Origin: a virus | IMG/VR virus record: IMGVR_UViG_3300000358_000010 | Reading direction: 5' to 3' (one strand) | Length of the DNA: 61,575 nucleotides | Part shown: positions 1-9,400 of the stretch, piece by piece | How positions within the stretch are numbered: the first letter of the stretch is position 1 | Layout of the letters: every line of letters starts with the position of its first letter | Program-made: the position numbers and the translations under genes | Notes under the pieces: generated by a model | What the model saw: only the letters and a program-made list of their open reading frames with translations | Databases searched by the model: none | What the model was told of the DNA's origin: nothing

Positions 1-23
1 GGAAGCCCCATTACATTGAAGTA
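1..23. repeat. Terminal 23-bp direct repeat, left copy (GGAAGCCCCATTACATTGAAGTA). Either the att core (attL) or the DTR of a circularly assembled phage genome.
   Basis: 23/23 identity with 61553..61575. Everything between the two copies is phage. Confidence 0.9.
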
Positions 24-234
24 GCTAACAATACAATATACATACTTAATTATTAAGCAATTAACATCACGAAATAATATTCAATAAAACATTTGTAAAA
101 CAAATAACTATTTTAAAGCAAACCAAGTACTTCTCCTATTTTCTTTTGCGAATATATTGCATTACTGTTAAAAATCAAAATAATTAATAGACTACATAGA
201 TACGGTGGATATTATGATGATGAGAGGGTAATAG

Positions 235-259
235 TAAGGCAGCTTATTGGGCTGCCTTA
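235..259 (-). terminator. Hairpin downstream of the small ORF 328..552 (weak terminator candidate)
   Basis: 9-bp stem TAAGGCAGC/GCTGCCTTA with a 7-nt loop. No clear U-tract follows. Confidence 0.3.
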
Positions 260-327
260 TAAGTAATTCAAGGAATACCTGAAAGCAAAACCAAGAAAAA
301 AATTAGCTTTCTATAATTCAATTTCTA

Positions 328-552
328 CTAAAAATGGATTCTATTAGGAAATCCTGGAACAACAGCAGCAGGTAGCACAACTACATATGAATTTGTTGAC
401 TCTAAATCATAAAGAGTTGCGTTTCCAGCAGCTGCTCCAGTCAATGCTGTTGCCCCTGCAGCAGTACCCATATCAACCGTAATTGGTGGGGTCATAGTTA
501 CAACATGTCCAAAATAGGAACCACCACCGGCTATTCTAATTTCACATCTCAT
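328..552 (-). CDS. Hypothetical small Gly/Ala-rich protein (74 aa)
   Basis: ORF track. A TAtcTTTG -7-like box lies upstream on the minus strand (around 622..629). No recognisable domain and an unusual composition. Confidence 0.35.
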   Translation of the reverse strand: MRCEIRIAGGGSYFGHVVTMTPPITVDMGTAAGATALTGAAAGNATLYDLESTNSYVVVLPAAVVPGFPNRIHF

Positions 553-667
553 AATATAATAAAATTATTTCCTACTCTTTCAAAGGCTTTTCGGAACCCG
601 CCTATAAATTGACTATCTCTGTAAGCTTACGGTACAAAGATATAGGGATAGAGAACCGAGAACAATT

Positions 668-752
668 ATAAATTTTAGATAAGGGAATCAGTTTTTCGGG
701 TACAGAAAGATTTCTTTTGAATGAAAAAGCCCTGACTCTTTGGAGTCAGGGC
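668..752. repeat. Intergenic repeat, copy A (conserved segment plus terminator hairpin)
   Basis: Colinear similarity of roughly 75% by eye to 3084..3172, including the shared AATGAAAAAGCC and GGAATC blocks. Confidence 0.7.
724..752 (-). terminator. Intrinsic terminator after the lipoprotein operon
   Basis: 10-bp stem GCCCTGACTC/GAGTCAGGGC with a 4-nt loop, followed on the minus strand by TTTTT. Confidence 0.8.
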
Positions 753-792
753 AATTGATCTAAAACAATCCTATTACTAGTCTTAAAACACT

Positions 793-1362
793 CTAGTGCA
801 CCAATCCAAACCTAATCTTCAAAAGAACGCTTTTACATCCCTCCTGCGTGAGAAAGGTTTGGGTTGTCTCAAAATAGATGACTTGTTTATCCGTATTAAC
901 TATCATTTTTTCTGGATATTCAAATGTATACACACTGGCATCATCTGCTATTTTTTGCCCTTTATTCAATACATAACTGCTTGGAGTATCTGATTTAATA
1001 TCTACATAATACTGAATTGATACATTAACATAGTCGATTTTCATCCCTTCACTATAATGACAAGGTAACTCTTCAAGCAATTTTTGCTGATTGATTAAAG
1101 GCTCCGGCCATAAAAGATCAACAGAAGGATATTTATTGCCATAGAGAAATAAAGCACATGTGTTTAATGAACCGATCTCCTTTTTTAGATCAGTATGTTT
1201 AACCCCATCGAAATTAATATCGACAGGTTCGTTAGCTTCTATCTCCATCAATGTATACTTACCCCAAGTAATAGGCCTATCTTCAATCTCCTTTTTGTTG
1301 CAAGAAAAGAAAGCAAACACAGAAAACAGTAGCAGTACTTTTAATATATTTATCATAATCAA
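793..1362 (-). CDS. Lipoprotein (189 aa), function unknown
   Basis: Signal peptide plus lipobox (LLLFSVFAFFSC-NKKEIED). Overlaps the upstream gene by 4 nt (ATGA), consistent with an operon. Confidence 0.75.
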   Translation of the reverse strand: MIMINILKVLLLFSVFAFFSCNKKEIEDRPITWGKYTLMEIEANEPVDINFDGVKHTDLKKEIGSLNTCALFLYGNKYPSVDLLWPEPLINQQKLLEELPCHYSEGMKIDYVNVSIQYYVDIKSDTPSSYVLNKGQKIADDASVYTFEYPEKMIVNTDKQVIYFETTQTFLTQEGCKSVLLKIRFGLVH

Positions 1363-2921
1363 TAGATTTTCTTAGGAATTAAAGTCATTTCTACCATTGG
1401 ATTTTTAGCACTATAATAATTCTCGATATCCCTCGATGAACGATTATTTTTAAGTATCGGATCATAAAAATTAACCTCGAGTGTTCCCAAATGGTCAGAA
1501 CCCTTATTCATAACTTTTGTAAACGTATTCTCTTTTACTTTCTTGGCAGAACCTCCAAAGTTTAATCCAACTTTCTTTCCTATACCGACATTAAGTCCGA
1601 CATTACCAGCAAATTCTGTTGAAACTTTCTCCTGCGTAGTAAATACTTCCTGTTCATCAACTTCATATATATCAAACTTCCACGAAACAGAATTACTTTC
1701 TAAATCCCATCCAATTAAATCTATATCAGGATTATAACTATACGGTACTGATCCCGTGACTTTAAAGACCCACATATCTAAAATACGGTCTTTAACACTC
1801 GGTCTTGGCATAGGAATACCATCCCATGTAAGATGAAATAATTTCCATGGCTCTACTGAGAAATATTTTGTAATAACACTGCCAAGTCCAGAAGTATTTC
1901 CAATCAAAACGTCTATTTTAAATTCAAACCTACCTTCTCCCCAAAATGACCTATCTTTAGGAGAGGACTTCTCAAATCTTCTACTCCAATGTAGATCTTG
2001 ATAAAATTTAGGATCATTTGTTTGATCCGCAATCTTATACAATGCCTGTGTACTAAAATGCAAACATGCGATATTTTCTATTATATTTCTTTTTATTTCT
2101 CCTTCAGTGTTATTCCTATTTAATCCATAATAAATATTATCCCGCTGCCATAACCCATCATTTACCCCCATTTCTTTATAAGCTAAACGGATATGCTCTG
2201 TGGAGTAATTGTATTTCCATAACATAGCCTTTTCATCCTCTGAAGCCCTTGTAACCGCAACCTCACGCTTATTGATTCCGTCAAAAGCGCTATCAACAAA
2301 AGAGTAATCTCCATTTATTATATTAGGATTATTGCTTCTTGTAGTATTTGTTGTTTTAACAATACGCTCATTATTCTTTAGTACTAAGACAGGAAATCCA
2401 GGCACTAAATCAGATTCTAATTTAAAATGAAGATCGCCCCCAAAATAGAAAGAAATAGAATCATTCTCTACTAAGTTAGTACAAACATAAGGAGAATCAC
2501 CGAAAGAATTCCAATTTTCAGCATTAAACCCAGAGGGAAGCTCCGGAATATATATGGTCAATAGAGGTAATCTTTCTTCTACAGCGTCTAAACTATTATT
2601 AAAATCATAATCTTTAAGAACTTCTTTAAATGTTTTATCAGCTGTAACCTTTTTATTCTTAACTAACGGATAAAAAACGTCATAGTCATTATCTGTCATT
2701 TTTAAAGCTTCTTCTTTAATAAAGGCTCTGAGATCACTGTTATTAGAAACAGCTTTAGATAAAATCTTAGAAAAAGTATCAAAATCACTGAGAACAGATC
2801 CAGATTGAGGATGAATGTTGGTACTTTCTATTCCATCCCAAACGTCATCATTTGTACAAGAATAAATTAGAGTAAGAAACAGCAATCCATAGAATAAATT
2901 AGTTTTCATAATTAATGTCAT
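1359..2921 (-). CDS. Large lipoprotein (about 516-520 aa), function unknown
   Basis: MKTNLFYGLLFLTLIYSC-TNDD lipobox with acidic residues after the Cys. The alternative start at 2909 (MKTN) is more likely than 2921. Confidence 0.8.
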   Translation of the reverse strand: MTLIMKTNLFYGLLFLTLIYSCTNDDVWDGIESTNIHPQSGSVLSDFDTFSKILSKAVSNNSDLRAFIKEEALKMTDNDYDVFYPLVKNKKVTADKTFKEVLKDYDFNNSLDAVEERLPLLTIYIPELPSGFNAENWNSFGDSPYVCTNLVENDSISFYFGGDLHFKLESDLVPGFPVLVLKNNERIVKTTNTTRSNNPNIINGDYSFVDSAFDGINKREVAVTRASEDEKAMLWKYNYSTEHIRLAYKEMGVNDGLWQRDNIYYGLNRNNTEGEIKRNIIENIACLHFSTQALYKIADQTNDPKFYQDLHWSRRFEKSSPKDRSFWGEGRFEFKIDVLIGNTSGLGSVITKYFSVEPWKLFHLTWDGIPMPRPSVKDRILDMWVFKVTGSVPYSYNPDIDLIGWDLESNSVSWKFDIYEVDEQEVFTTQEKVSTEFAGNVGLNVGIGKKVGLNFGGSAKKVKENTFTKVMNKGSDHLGTLEVNFYDPILKNNRSSRDIENYYSAKNPMVEMTLIPKKIY

Positions 2922-3083
2922 TTAAAGGTTATTATACAAAAGAAAACAAGGTTAAATAAATTAATGTTTTCTGCATTACAATACATTAACAAATTGCAAA
3001 TACAAAGACCATAAAATCAAATTTTAAGCATACTCCCCTCATTTATATTAAAGTCTATAAATATAAAAGAATCAGGAGCGATC

Positions 3084-3172
3084 ATAAATTTGCGAGATAA
3101 TGGAATCGACCTTTCACGGATACAAGAAGACTTCTGTTAAATGAAAAAGCCTCGACTCCCAAGAATCGAGGC
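3084..3172. repeat. Intergenic repeat, copy B (conserved segment plus terminator hairpin)
   Basis: See copy A (668..752). Same order of blocks and same position relative to a terminator. Confidence 0.7.
3144..3172 (-). terminator. Intrinsic terminator after the ATPase-TIR gene
   Basis: 7-bp stem GCCTCGA/TCGAGGC followed by TTTTT on the minus strand. Confidence 0.7.
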
Positions 3173-3285
3173 CAGCAACTTAATGATAAGATGCTTCTAC
3201 AGTGCAAGAAAAATATATCTTTCCGATATGGGATAAAAACAGCCTAAACTAGAAAGATAAAACATTAGCAAACAAGAAGAATATG

Positions 3286-4779
3286 TTAATCTATTTTCAG
3301 CATTCGCTTGTCATTCAATTTCTCGTAAAGTAACTTAGCAAATAATTCTAATTGTTCATTCATGTCTTTTTGATGGTCATACATTAAATTACCTATTGAG
3401 AATAATGGATCAAATTGTGTCGGTTCACAACCTTTGAACAAGATAGGGATAACAGCATGTTCTCCAAATCGTTCCTTAAATCTATCTGATTCAAAATTTG
3501 TCCAAAGTTTTTTAGGATAGTTCTTATCGACCAAAACTATTATATAATCTGCATCTGATTTATATATAGGCTCAAAATACTCGCTTAAATCTTCTCCTAA
3601 AATTCGATGCTGCTCATTATAATCATAAAAAACACTACAAGAGTACTTAAATTCCAATATATCGACTAATTTAGCCGCAATAGTCCGTACTTCTCCAGCA
3701 AAAGAGATTGCGAAATCATAGTTTTTTACAAAATCAACATTACTAAAACCTATTTTACTTGCAAATGTATCCCAGTTAATGTTTTGTAAATAGAAAATAA
3801 ACTTAGGATCCTCCACTGTTAAGGTTTTTGAATTATCATCATAATGAATAACAGATTGTATGTTATCATTAGAGCTAATCAATTTTACCAGATAGCCTTT
3901 TTCTACTACTTGAGAAATACTAGCCTTATGAGTTGGATGGGATAAATAAACATCACTCATTCGGATAGACCATTCTTGGGAATCAGAAAGCCACTTTAAA
4001 AGATGAAAATATGGTGCTCTTCCTCCACTGCGTAATCTGGTTCCAACAGCAAAATCTTTTGCTTTATCATCAAAAACCCGACTTAAATCTTTCATCAAGC
4101 CTTGAATTACATAATTAATATCAACATTAAGAGTTTTTAAAGAGTCCAGAGAGTTTAAAACCCCTTCTTGTATACATAATTCTTTGCAAATCATTTGTGC
4201 TATATGAAAGCTTCCATTAGCTTTCTTTACAATTTGTTGTTTACAAGAAATATCTACATTTAAGACTTTTTCTCCCTTAGATATTAAGTCCATTATCTTA
4301 TTTTCTGGATTTACCTCAAATTTAACGGTAGTTACTCGATTATTTAAATCTGGAGATATTTTTATTAAACTATCTCCTGCCCTGTTAATGCCGATCAGAA
4401 CCAACTTCATATCATCCCTTTCTTCATCAGCAATAACCTTCATTAAACTCGCTAATTTCTCTTTAGTTTCATTGGGCAATAAATGAAAATCATCTATGAT
4501 TGCTATATTATTGCAAGCATTATCATTTATAATATTATCAATTCGACTCCTATCGTTTAGTTTTCTTGCAGATAATAGTTCAACATTATCTTTATCAAAA
4601 TGCAACGACTCTAAAACTTTCAATACACATGTAGTTTTCCCAATTCCAGATGGACCTTCAACTATAAGGCATCTTCCTCTTGTTCTCAATGAAACAACAA
4701 TTTTTGAGTATTCATTGGGTTCAACAAATGTATATGTTGGTATCCCAGAATCTTTAAAAACTTCCTCTAAATTGACCAT
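3286..4779 (-). CDS. P-loop NTPase with a C-terminal TIR domain (497 aa); candidate defence effector
   Basis: Track ORF 3286..4914 trimmed to the internal ATG at 4779, because the upstream 45 codons read through an AT-rich promoter. Walker A is GPSGIGKTT and Walker B-like is IAIIDDFH. The C-terminal 130 aa or so fit the bacterial TIR pattern (YDFAISFAGE..VFYD..IIVLVD..WTNFE). Confidence 0.8.
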   Translation of the reverse strand: MVNLEEVFKDSGIPTYTFVEPNEYSKIVVSLRTRGRCLIVEGPSGIGKTTCVLKVLESLHFDKDNVELLSARKLNDRSRIDNIINDNACNNIAIIDDFHLLPNETKEKLASLMKVIADEERDDMKLVLIGINRAGDSLIKISPDLNNRVTTVKFEVNPENKIMDLISKGEKVLNVDISCKQQIVKKANGSFHIAQMICKELCIQEGVLNSLDSLKTLNVDINYVIQGLMKDLSRVFDDKAKDFAVGTRLRSGGRAPYFHLLKWLSDSQEWSIRMSDVYLSHPTHKASISQVVEKGYLVKLISSNDNIQSVIHYDDNSKTLTVEDPKFIFYLQNINWDTFASKIGFSNVDFVKNYDFAISFAGEVRTIAAKLVDILEFKYSCSVFYDYNEQHRILGEDLSEYFEPIYKSDADYIIVLVDKNYPKKLWTNFESDRFKERFGEHAVIPILFKGCEPTQFDPLFSIGNLMYDHQKDMNEQLELFAKLLYEKLNDKRMLKID

Positions 4780-4806
4780 AATCCAAAAATACAAATGGTA
4801 TATTAA

Positions 4807-4822
4807 TATATTTGCAAATATA
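4807..4822 (-). promoter_or_regulatory. Perfect 16-nt palindrome TATATTTGCAAATATA carrying a -7 box (TAnnTTTG) on both strands; probable ATPase-TIR promoter
   Basis: The minus-strand TATATTTG lies 36 nt upstream of the ATG at 4779. Confidence 0.6.
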
Positions 4823-4990
4823 AATAAATTATGATATATAACAAATAAATTTTTAATTAAAATTTTATCGTCAAGAATTAACAAAAAATAGCTTACTCCT
4901 TTTTTATACATCAATTGTCATGTAATTATCCTTTCACTAACATAGCCAATGCCGGACAATCCATTAAAGAAATATGGTTTTATTGTTTCT

Positions 4991-5455
4991 TCACCACTCA
5001 AACAAATTACAACTCACCCCAACCCCAATATAGAGACTTGCCTTATTCCCGGAAAAACCGTATCCAGCCTGCACACCCAGCCCGAACCGTTTCCGCTTTG
5101 CCCGTTCTCTGATAAATACAGTCCTCGTTTTACTGTACACCTCTATACTATCCAGCTTTGCCCGGTAGCCTGACACATAAGCCGTATAAAGGCTGTCTTT
5201 GTAGATTTTCTGCGTAATAGGCAAATACACTGTATCCCGGACTGTATCGCCCGGCACTGGGACGGGAACAACGAACGGGAACGAATCTACAACGCTTTCA
5301 TAAACCGGAACGGGTATTGTATCCCGAACCGTATCAATACGATTTGTAATGATCGTGTCTCTGACTACTTCACCCGGTGCGTGTTCCACCCTTGCCGGGC
5401 GAAACACGATAAACAGGATAAGAACAATTATGATAATGTAAGGCAAATATTTCAT
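4991..5455 (-). CDS. Membrane-anchored lysis-cassette protein (spanin-like) with repeated TVRDT motifs
   Basis: N-terminal TM segment (YIIIIVLILFIVF). Motifs VVRDTI, DTVRDTI and DTVRDTV. Overlaps the amidase stop by 4 nt. Assignment is by position in the lysis cassette. Confidence 0.6.
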   Translation of the reverse strand: MKYLPYIIIIVLILFIVFRPARVEHAPGEVVRDTIITNRIDTVRDTIPVPVYESVVDSFPFVVPVPVPGDTVRDTVYLPITQKIYKDSLYTAYVSGYRAKLDSIEVYSKTRTVFIRERAKRKRFGLGVQAGYGFSGNKASLYIGVGVSCNLFEW

Positions 5456-5946
5456 GGACGTATGATTACAGGTTTCATAAAATTAGAGAACTCCTTCCGC
5501 ACATCAAAGCATGGGCAAACCTTGATATACTCAAACGGTTCTACCTCACCGTCATCATTCAGGTCAGGCGATGTATCCCGGTGTCCGAGCACTTCGATGA
5601 TAGGATACTCTTTACAAAGCTTTGCAACCAGATTACGAAGTGAAACTTTCTGCCAGTCAGTCCGGGTATCAGCTGGTTTCCCGTTGGCATCCAGACCACC
5701 AATATAGCAGATGCCAATGCTATGTTTGTTATACGAAAAATCTGAGAACCCTTTCGTATTACAGTGTGCACCATCGATGCTTAACGGACGTCCATTCTCG
5801 ACAGTACCGTCAAGGTCTACTACAAAATTGTACCCGATCTGGTTAAAACCTCTCTGGTTATGTATCCGGTCAATGTCTTTTGCACGCAGATCCTGTCCGG
5901 CACGTGTGGCCGAACAGTGAATAATGATTGAATCAATTGTTTTCAT
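5452..5946 (-). CDS. N-acetylmuramoyl-L-alanine amidase (endolysin, T7-lysozyme/PGRP type)
   Basis: IIIHCSAT..., GAHC..., SIGICYIGG and GHRD motifs. Adjacent to the holin. Confidence 0.85.
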   Translation of the reverse strand: MKTIDSIIIHCSATRAGQDLRAKDIDRIHNQRGFNQIGYNFVVDLDGTVENGRPLSIDGAHCNTKGFSDFSYNKHSIGICYIGGLDANGKPADTRTDWQKVSLRNLVAKLCKEYPIIEVLGHRDTSPDLNDDGEVEPFEYIKVCPCFDVRKEFSNFMKPVIIRP

Positions 5947-6395
5947 TTCTGTACCTCCTTTATTTTATTGATTAACTCCAACGCATCTTTCTCAGATGCA
6001 CATTTGATGATATTAGCTATTACACTGGGAAGCTCCGCAGCATGACTGCGTTTCCGTCTGTTATGTTCTATCAAACTACGGAACTCGATATAAAGCACAC
6101 CGGCAGTGATCAGCAAAGTAATGTATGGCAAAACATACCATGCAAACATCAATCCCAGTGTATCAAACATCAATCCAAACAGCATCAAGCGCCAGTAGTC
6201 ACCGGCCTTGGCCACAGTCTTTCTAAGCCCCTTGCTCTGTATAGGCTCTTTCAGCGCCTTTGCAGTCTGAATACCATCCCACATGTCTATAAGCGTGGAC
6301 AAAAACATAAGTAACCAGCATAGAAGAGTCACACAAGCATGTCGGTAAAGATTTGAAAAGTCTAACGCAGACACAAAATTCAAAATTTCATTCAT
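5943..6395 (-). CDS. Holin (150 aa, multi-TM)
   Basis: Hydrophobic helices (VTLLCWLLMFLSTLI; LMLFGLMFDTLGLMFAWYVLPYITLLITAGVLYI) and a charged C-terminus. Overlaps the lysin start. Confidence 0.7.
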   Translation of the reverse strand: MNEILNFVSALDFSNLYRHACVTLLCWLLMFLSTLIDMWDGIQTAKALKEPIQSKGLRKTVAKAGDYWRLMLFGLMFDTLGLMFAWYVLPYITLLITAGVLYIEFRSLIEHNRRKRSHAAELPSVIANIIKCASEKDALELINKIKEVQK

Positions 6396-6423
6396 CTATC
6401 CATTTATTTATAATATTGTTATT

Positions 6424-9400
6424 TCATATTTCATACAGTTTAGTAGGCATGTATCCGTTATATTCGGATAACGGGAAAATAATGGAAGCATAACCGGATA
6501 TTACACTGGATTTATAATCGCTTACAGCTGTATCAGGAACATATATGGCGACTACATTACCTAATCCGGCATACTCCAAGGTCGTAGGTGGAGTCGTAGA
6601 TTTAAAAATGACCGTCACAGAATTGCATCCGTTAAACATACGCGATCCTATAATATCAAGATTCCCCTCAAACACAACGGTCCTTATCTTTTTGCAGTTA
6701 GCGTAAGACTGAGAACCGGACTTTATTATGTTTACGGGAACACATGAAGCCGCTATCGGGGTATTCTGAAACATTTCATACGAAGTGCTGTTAACATAAC
6801 CTTTCAGTTCACCGAAATCACACTCTTCCAACGACACACAGTTTGAGAAAGAAAGTAAATTAAAGATTGTTGTCATTGAATCTTCCCCATATTCGAAAGA
6901 GTTGCACTTGAACCTTTTCAGTTTCGAACAATCGGAAAACCCTTTATTCATCGTATAGTGCCTTTCGGGAGGTATGATAAAGTCTTTCATCGTAAACTCC
7001 TCAAGCTCGGAACAATTATAAAAAGGCATATAATCACTCCCTCCTCCGGAAGATAAGAATGTGCAGGAATCCGGAAGATTCACTTTCTTTATCTTAGTTC
7101 CCATAAATGCACGTTGGTAGATCTGTTTAAGATTAGGGGGAAAGACAGCTGTTTCCAAATTGGTATTCTCAAAAGCCCCATATCCGATCTCCGTACAATT
7201 ACTCAGACTCTCAAACCCGACCAAGGAAGTGATATTCTTATAATTTTCATTTTTATCACCTGACAGAAAGTATCTTGGTATCGATGTAATCAAGTCGGCT
7301 TCATCCCGGGTTATTCCACCGTCACCGTTGACATCCCATAGCTCAAAGACTCTTTGAGCGACTATCTTATCGGTAAAACGAATAAAATACTTACCGATCA
7401 CATTCAGCTCTAACCTTTTAAAAGTTCCCCTCAAAGCCTGAATCGAATCCTCGTACGCATTCGCATACACATTTAAAGTACCGTCCAGCACCGGGTATTC
7501 ATCCTCACCGGCCACACCTTCGCTGTCAAGACCTACATACGAGCCATCCGCCAAAGCGGCCAGCTTATCCAGCATGTCGGAAGTGTTATACGTTTCATCA
7601 AAACCGACAGCACGGACACGCTTCAACGAATGTCCGGCGCCTTGTCCCTGCTGTGCGTCCATGATCTGTGTCAGGAGCTTGATAGGCTGCATAAGCGGGC
7701 AGTCTGAAATGAAAAAGTCAGTGATTACGGCTGCGCATTCATCTATCAAGACACCACTGTTCTTCATTAACGGATAGTTCTTAAGAACGAGGTAACGGGA
7801 CAAGGCGTTAAACTCTACCAGCTCCAATCCGCCGCCTGCCGGAAGACGAAGCTGGGTGATGGAAGTCCCGTCGATGTACACCTCCTTCAGGTGGCTGCAG
7901 GCGGTAAGGTTCAGAGTGCCCGCCAGCGTGGATATGCGTGAGAGCACAAGCTTCTGCAAGCTGACACAGTTGGAAAGTGTAAGCGACGAAATGGAAATCA
8001 CAATGCCGGCAGTCTTATGCCCAAGCCGGATCTCGCGTAGCATCTTACCCTGTACGATCATGGAACCGGTGACGTTCTTGTCGTGCCAGTCCCCGATATC
8101 CTGCAGGTAGCTTGCCGCCTGAATGGCGTTCTGCTGGTCACCCGTACCTCCCAATTCGATTTCCATATGACAGACCTCACCGGCTTTCGTCCGGGAGCCA
8201 CGGATGATACTCGTACCGTTGGCAATGGCAGGGTACATATCCATGGCCGGGGTGATGTCATAACCGATCGAGTTCCCGGCGGCACGTACTACGATGGTAT
8301 CCGTTCCATTGGCACTGAACAGGCCGAAACTATACTTCGACATCATGTACAGTATCCTCTTTGTTATCCACCGCTGTTCGGCGAGATAGTGATCTCCCAG
8401 TGATTGCGTGATAGGATCGGTATCGTTCGTGTACCGCCCGTCATTGTAAGCTATCTTACCGTTTTCGTAGCAATACTTCGCATCTGCGTTATAGGCGTTC
8501 TGAGGGAAGTATTCCTGCGCTACATCAAAGTAATACTTCTGGTAGAAAGCGTACAGTTTCTGTAAGTCGTTACCGGACTTCAACCCGCCTAATGTCTGCA
8601 TGGCTGTCATGGAACTTCGCATAGAAGCAATTTTCTCGTCCGGGAAAGCCAGTTCCATCAGGTTAAAGAAGTTATTTGTCTCACCGTTCCAGATAGCCGC
8701 CCCTGTTTCGTCCTTGTCATGTACCTCGACGCTGTATGACTTATCAGGCAATCCGCGGTTGGTGGTGTCGAAACGGGTGTCGGCATCATCCACACGCCAA
8801 CGCCATCGGCTGGTATCCGTTCCGAAGCTGTAGGGATAGGTATTTTTGGCACGTTCATCGGTACCGGCATTGAACTCGACGTTGTTCATGAAGAACAGAC
8901 AATCATTGATTTCCCAGTATTGCGGAGCGTCATTTCTGAACTTAGCTATACGGGAATTGATAAACAGTTCATTCAACTGGTCTGCCGTAAATGCGGACAG
9001 GTTTCCGGTATCCATGTAACCGGCCAGTTGCGTTTTCAAGTTTATGGTACCGTTCCCGATATCGGAAGCTATGAACTGACCGACGGAAGACTCGTAATAG
9101 TAGACATTATATTGGTTCACATCCCCGGCTTTCGCTATCCAGAACTCGTAGGGTTCGTTCTTGTAGGCGGAGGCCTGTCCGTTCAGTTCGGTCAACGTAC
9201 CGATGAACGGCTTCAACCGTGGAGAGCACTGGTAGACGCAATTGTATGCCGGGATGAACTTGGATATATTCTCCACTTCGCCTTCACCCAAATCGAAACA
9301 GTTCTGCCCGTTGTACTGATACGCCTCTTCGTCTTCATTGTAGGCTATCAATCCCCGTGCCGGATTCCAGGGGACACGGAACAGGGTGAGCAGCGGTGAG

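Noticed and set aside
1-23. The terminal repeat as the 3' end of a tRNA gene (a common att site)
   Set aside because: The sequence lacks a T-arm or acceptor-like pattern (no GGTTCGAxTCC and no CCA-proximal stem). The target type remains unknown.
4780-4914. 45-codon N-terminal extension of the ATPase-TIR ORF (and plus-strand ORFs 4496..4834, 4915..5173)
   Set aside because: The extension is AT-rich, hydrophobic nonsense that reads through the palindromic promoter. The ATG at 4779 gives a normal N-terminus about 45 aa before the Walker A motif.
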